Shown here one piece after another: positions 8,534 through 9,190 of a DNA stretch of 9,190 nucleotides (position 1 is the first letter of the stretch; every line of letters begins with the position of its first letter). The notes beneath the pieces are model-generated. The model made no database searches. It was not told the origin of the DNA and saw only the letters and a program-made list of their open reading frames with translations. Where the stretch lies: positions 1 to 9,190 of the forward strand of contig JAQGDQ010002204.1 of NCBI GenBank assembly GCA_030141605.1, read 5' to 3'. Origin of the DNA: Tubiluchus corallicola (taxonomy: Eukaryota > Animalia > Priapulida). The translations under genes were made by a program, and so were the position numbers.

Positions 8534-9075
8534 GATAATGGAATGTAGTACTTAAAATTCAAAAAGTTGACAAGATAGCTTTTGTTAATGTAAGATCTTG
8601 AAATTTCTGCGAAAGAGACCCAAGGATTTGCAAAATTCCAAATTAATAAGACAATTCGCTCCTTAGTAAAACAATGTTGTGTTAATTCTGTTGCAATTTG
8701 ACAACATAGCATTTTAATATTGCAAAAAAAATCAGTCTCTAAATAAGTAAAAACGTAATCGTGATTCAAAGGCTGGAATGTTTTAAAAAAAACTCAAACA
8801 CAAATGAAACAATGCTATTAAGGGACCTGTTGATGTAAGGGTAGCACAAGAGTCATACGGACATTACATTCGAAAAGCGAGAGGTCGAAACAGCAATAAA
8901 TTTTACAAGAAGAAATGCTAAAAATGTAAGTAAATTAATATAAACACAGCAAACAGATAACTTCAAAGAAACGTAATCGCATTCCCTGAATACATTTGCT
9001 TATTAACTTTTGTAAAATACAGAAAAAAGAAGTATTATTGTCATATTGCACAAAAAAATTTACAAAGAAACTTAC

Positions 9076-9157
9076 TGTCAGCTGCTTTGCCAAATTCTTC
9101 TGTAAGGATTTGCGTAATTGATTCCCAAAATGACTGTGCGATACTTGTCTGCCCATT
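9076..9157 (-). CDS. COG5: Internal coding exon (82 bp, phase 0 to phase 1), probably conserved oligomeric Golgi complex subunit 5
   Basis: ttacttctag|AAT GGG CAG...GCA GCT GAC A|gtaagt gives NGQTSIAQSFWESITQILTEEFGKAAD. It aligns without gaps to recalled human COG5 [27 protein letters not shown] (11/27 identical, including FWxSxTQxL) and has a consensus GTAAGT donor. The identification is from memory and rests on a single short exon. Confidence 0.78.
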
Positions 9158-9190
9158 CTAGAAGTAATTTAACACAAAAACAATACATGC

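Noticed and set aside
6637-8535. ORFs 6637-6825, 6642-7034, 6982-7173 and 7180-8535 as a metal-binding or zinc-finger repeat protein gene
   Set aside because: They are translations of a 57-bp satellite whose length is a multiple of 3. The spacing does not fit C2H2 or other motifs I know, and there is no credible start or exon structure.
8935-9156. ORF MGRQVSHSHF... as a gene
   Set aside because: It overlaps the COG5-like exon in a different frame and runs on into AT-rich intron.

Overview
AT-rich eukaryotic genomic DNA, probably from an invertebrate animal, and mostly intronic; it is not a prokaryotic locus. None of the supplied ORFs is a real gene. Three spliced exons lie on the minus strand and are missed by the ORF track. 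Two consecutive exons (5431-5503, 4592-4648) encode part of tRNA 2'-phosphotransferase TRPT1/Tpt1 ([43 protein letters not shown]). One 82-bp exon (9076-9157) resembles an internal exon of COG5. Between the two genes is a 57-bp tandem array that switches orientation at about 6988 (about 6 inverted copies, then about 27 forward copies). I found no flanking exons of either gene in the intervening DNA. The rest holds a Tc1/mariner-pogo-type MITE (TA TSD), a hAT-type MITE (8-bp TSD), a tRNA-derived SINE, truncated non-LTR retroelement 3' ends and microsatellites. The most unusual observation is internal exons of two unrelated genes on one strand on either side of a fold-back satellite. This could be interleaved genes, a real rearrangement or an assembly artefact. 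Homology calls come from remembered sequences, not from a database search. I see no firm evidence of a new biological system.
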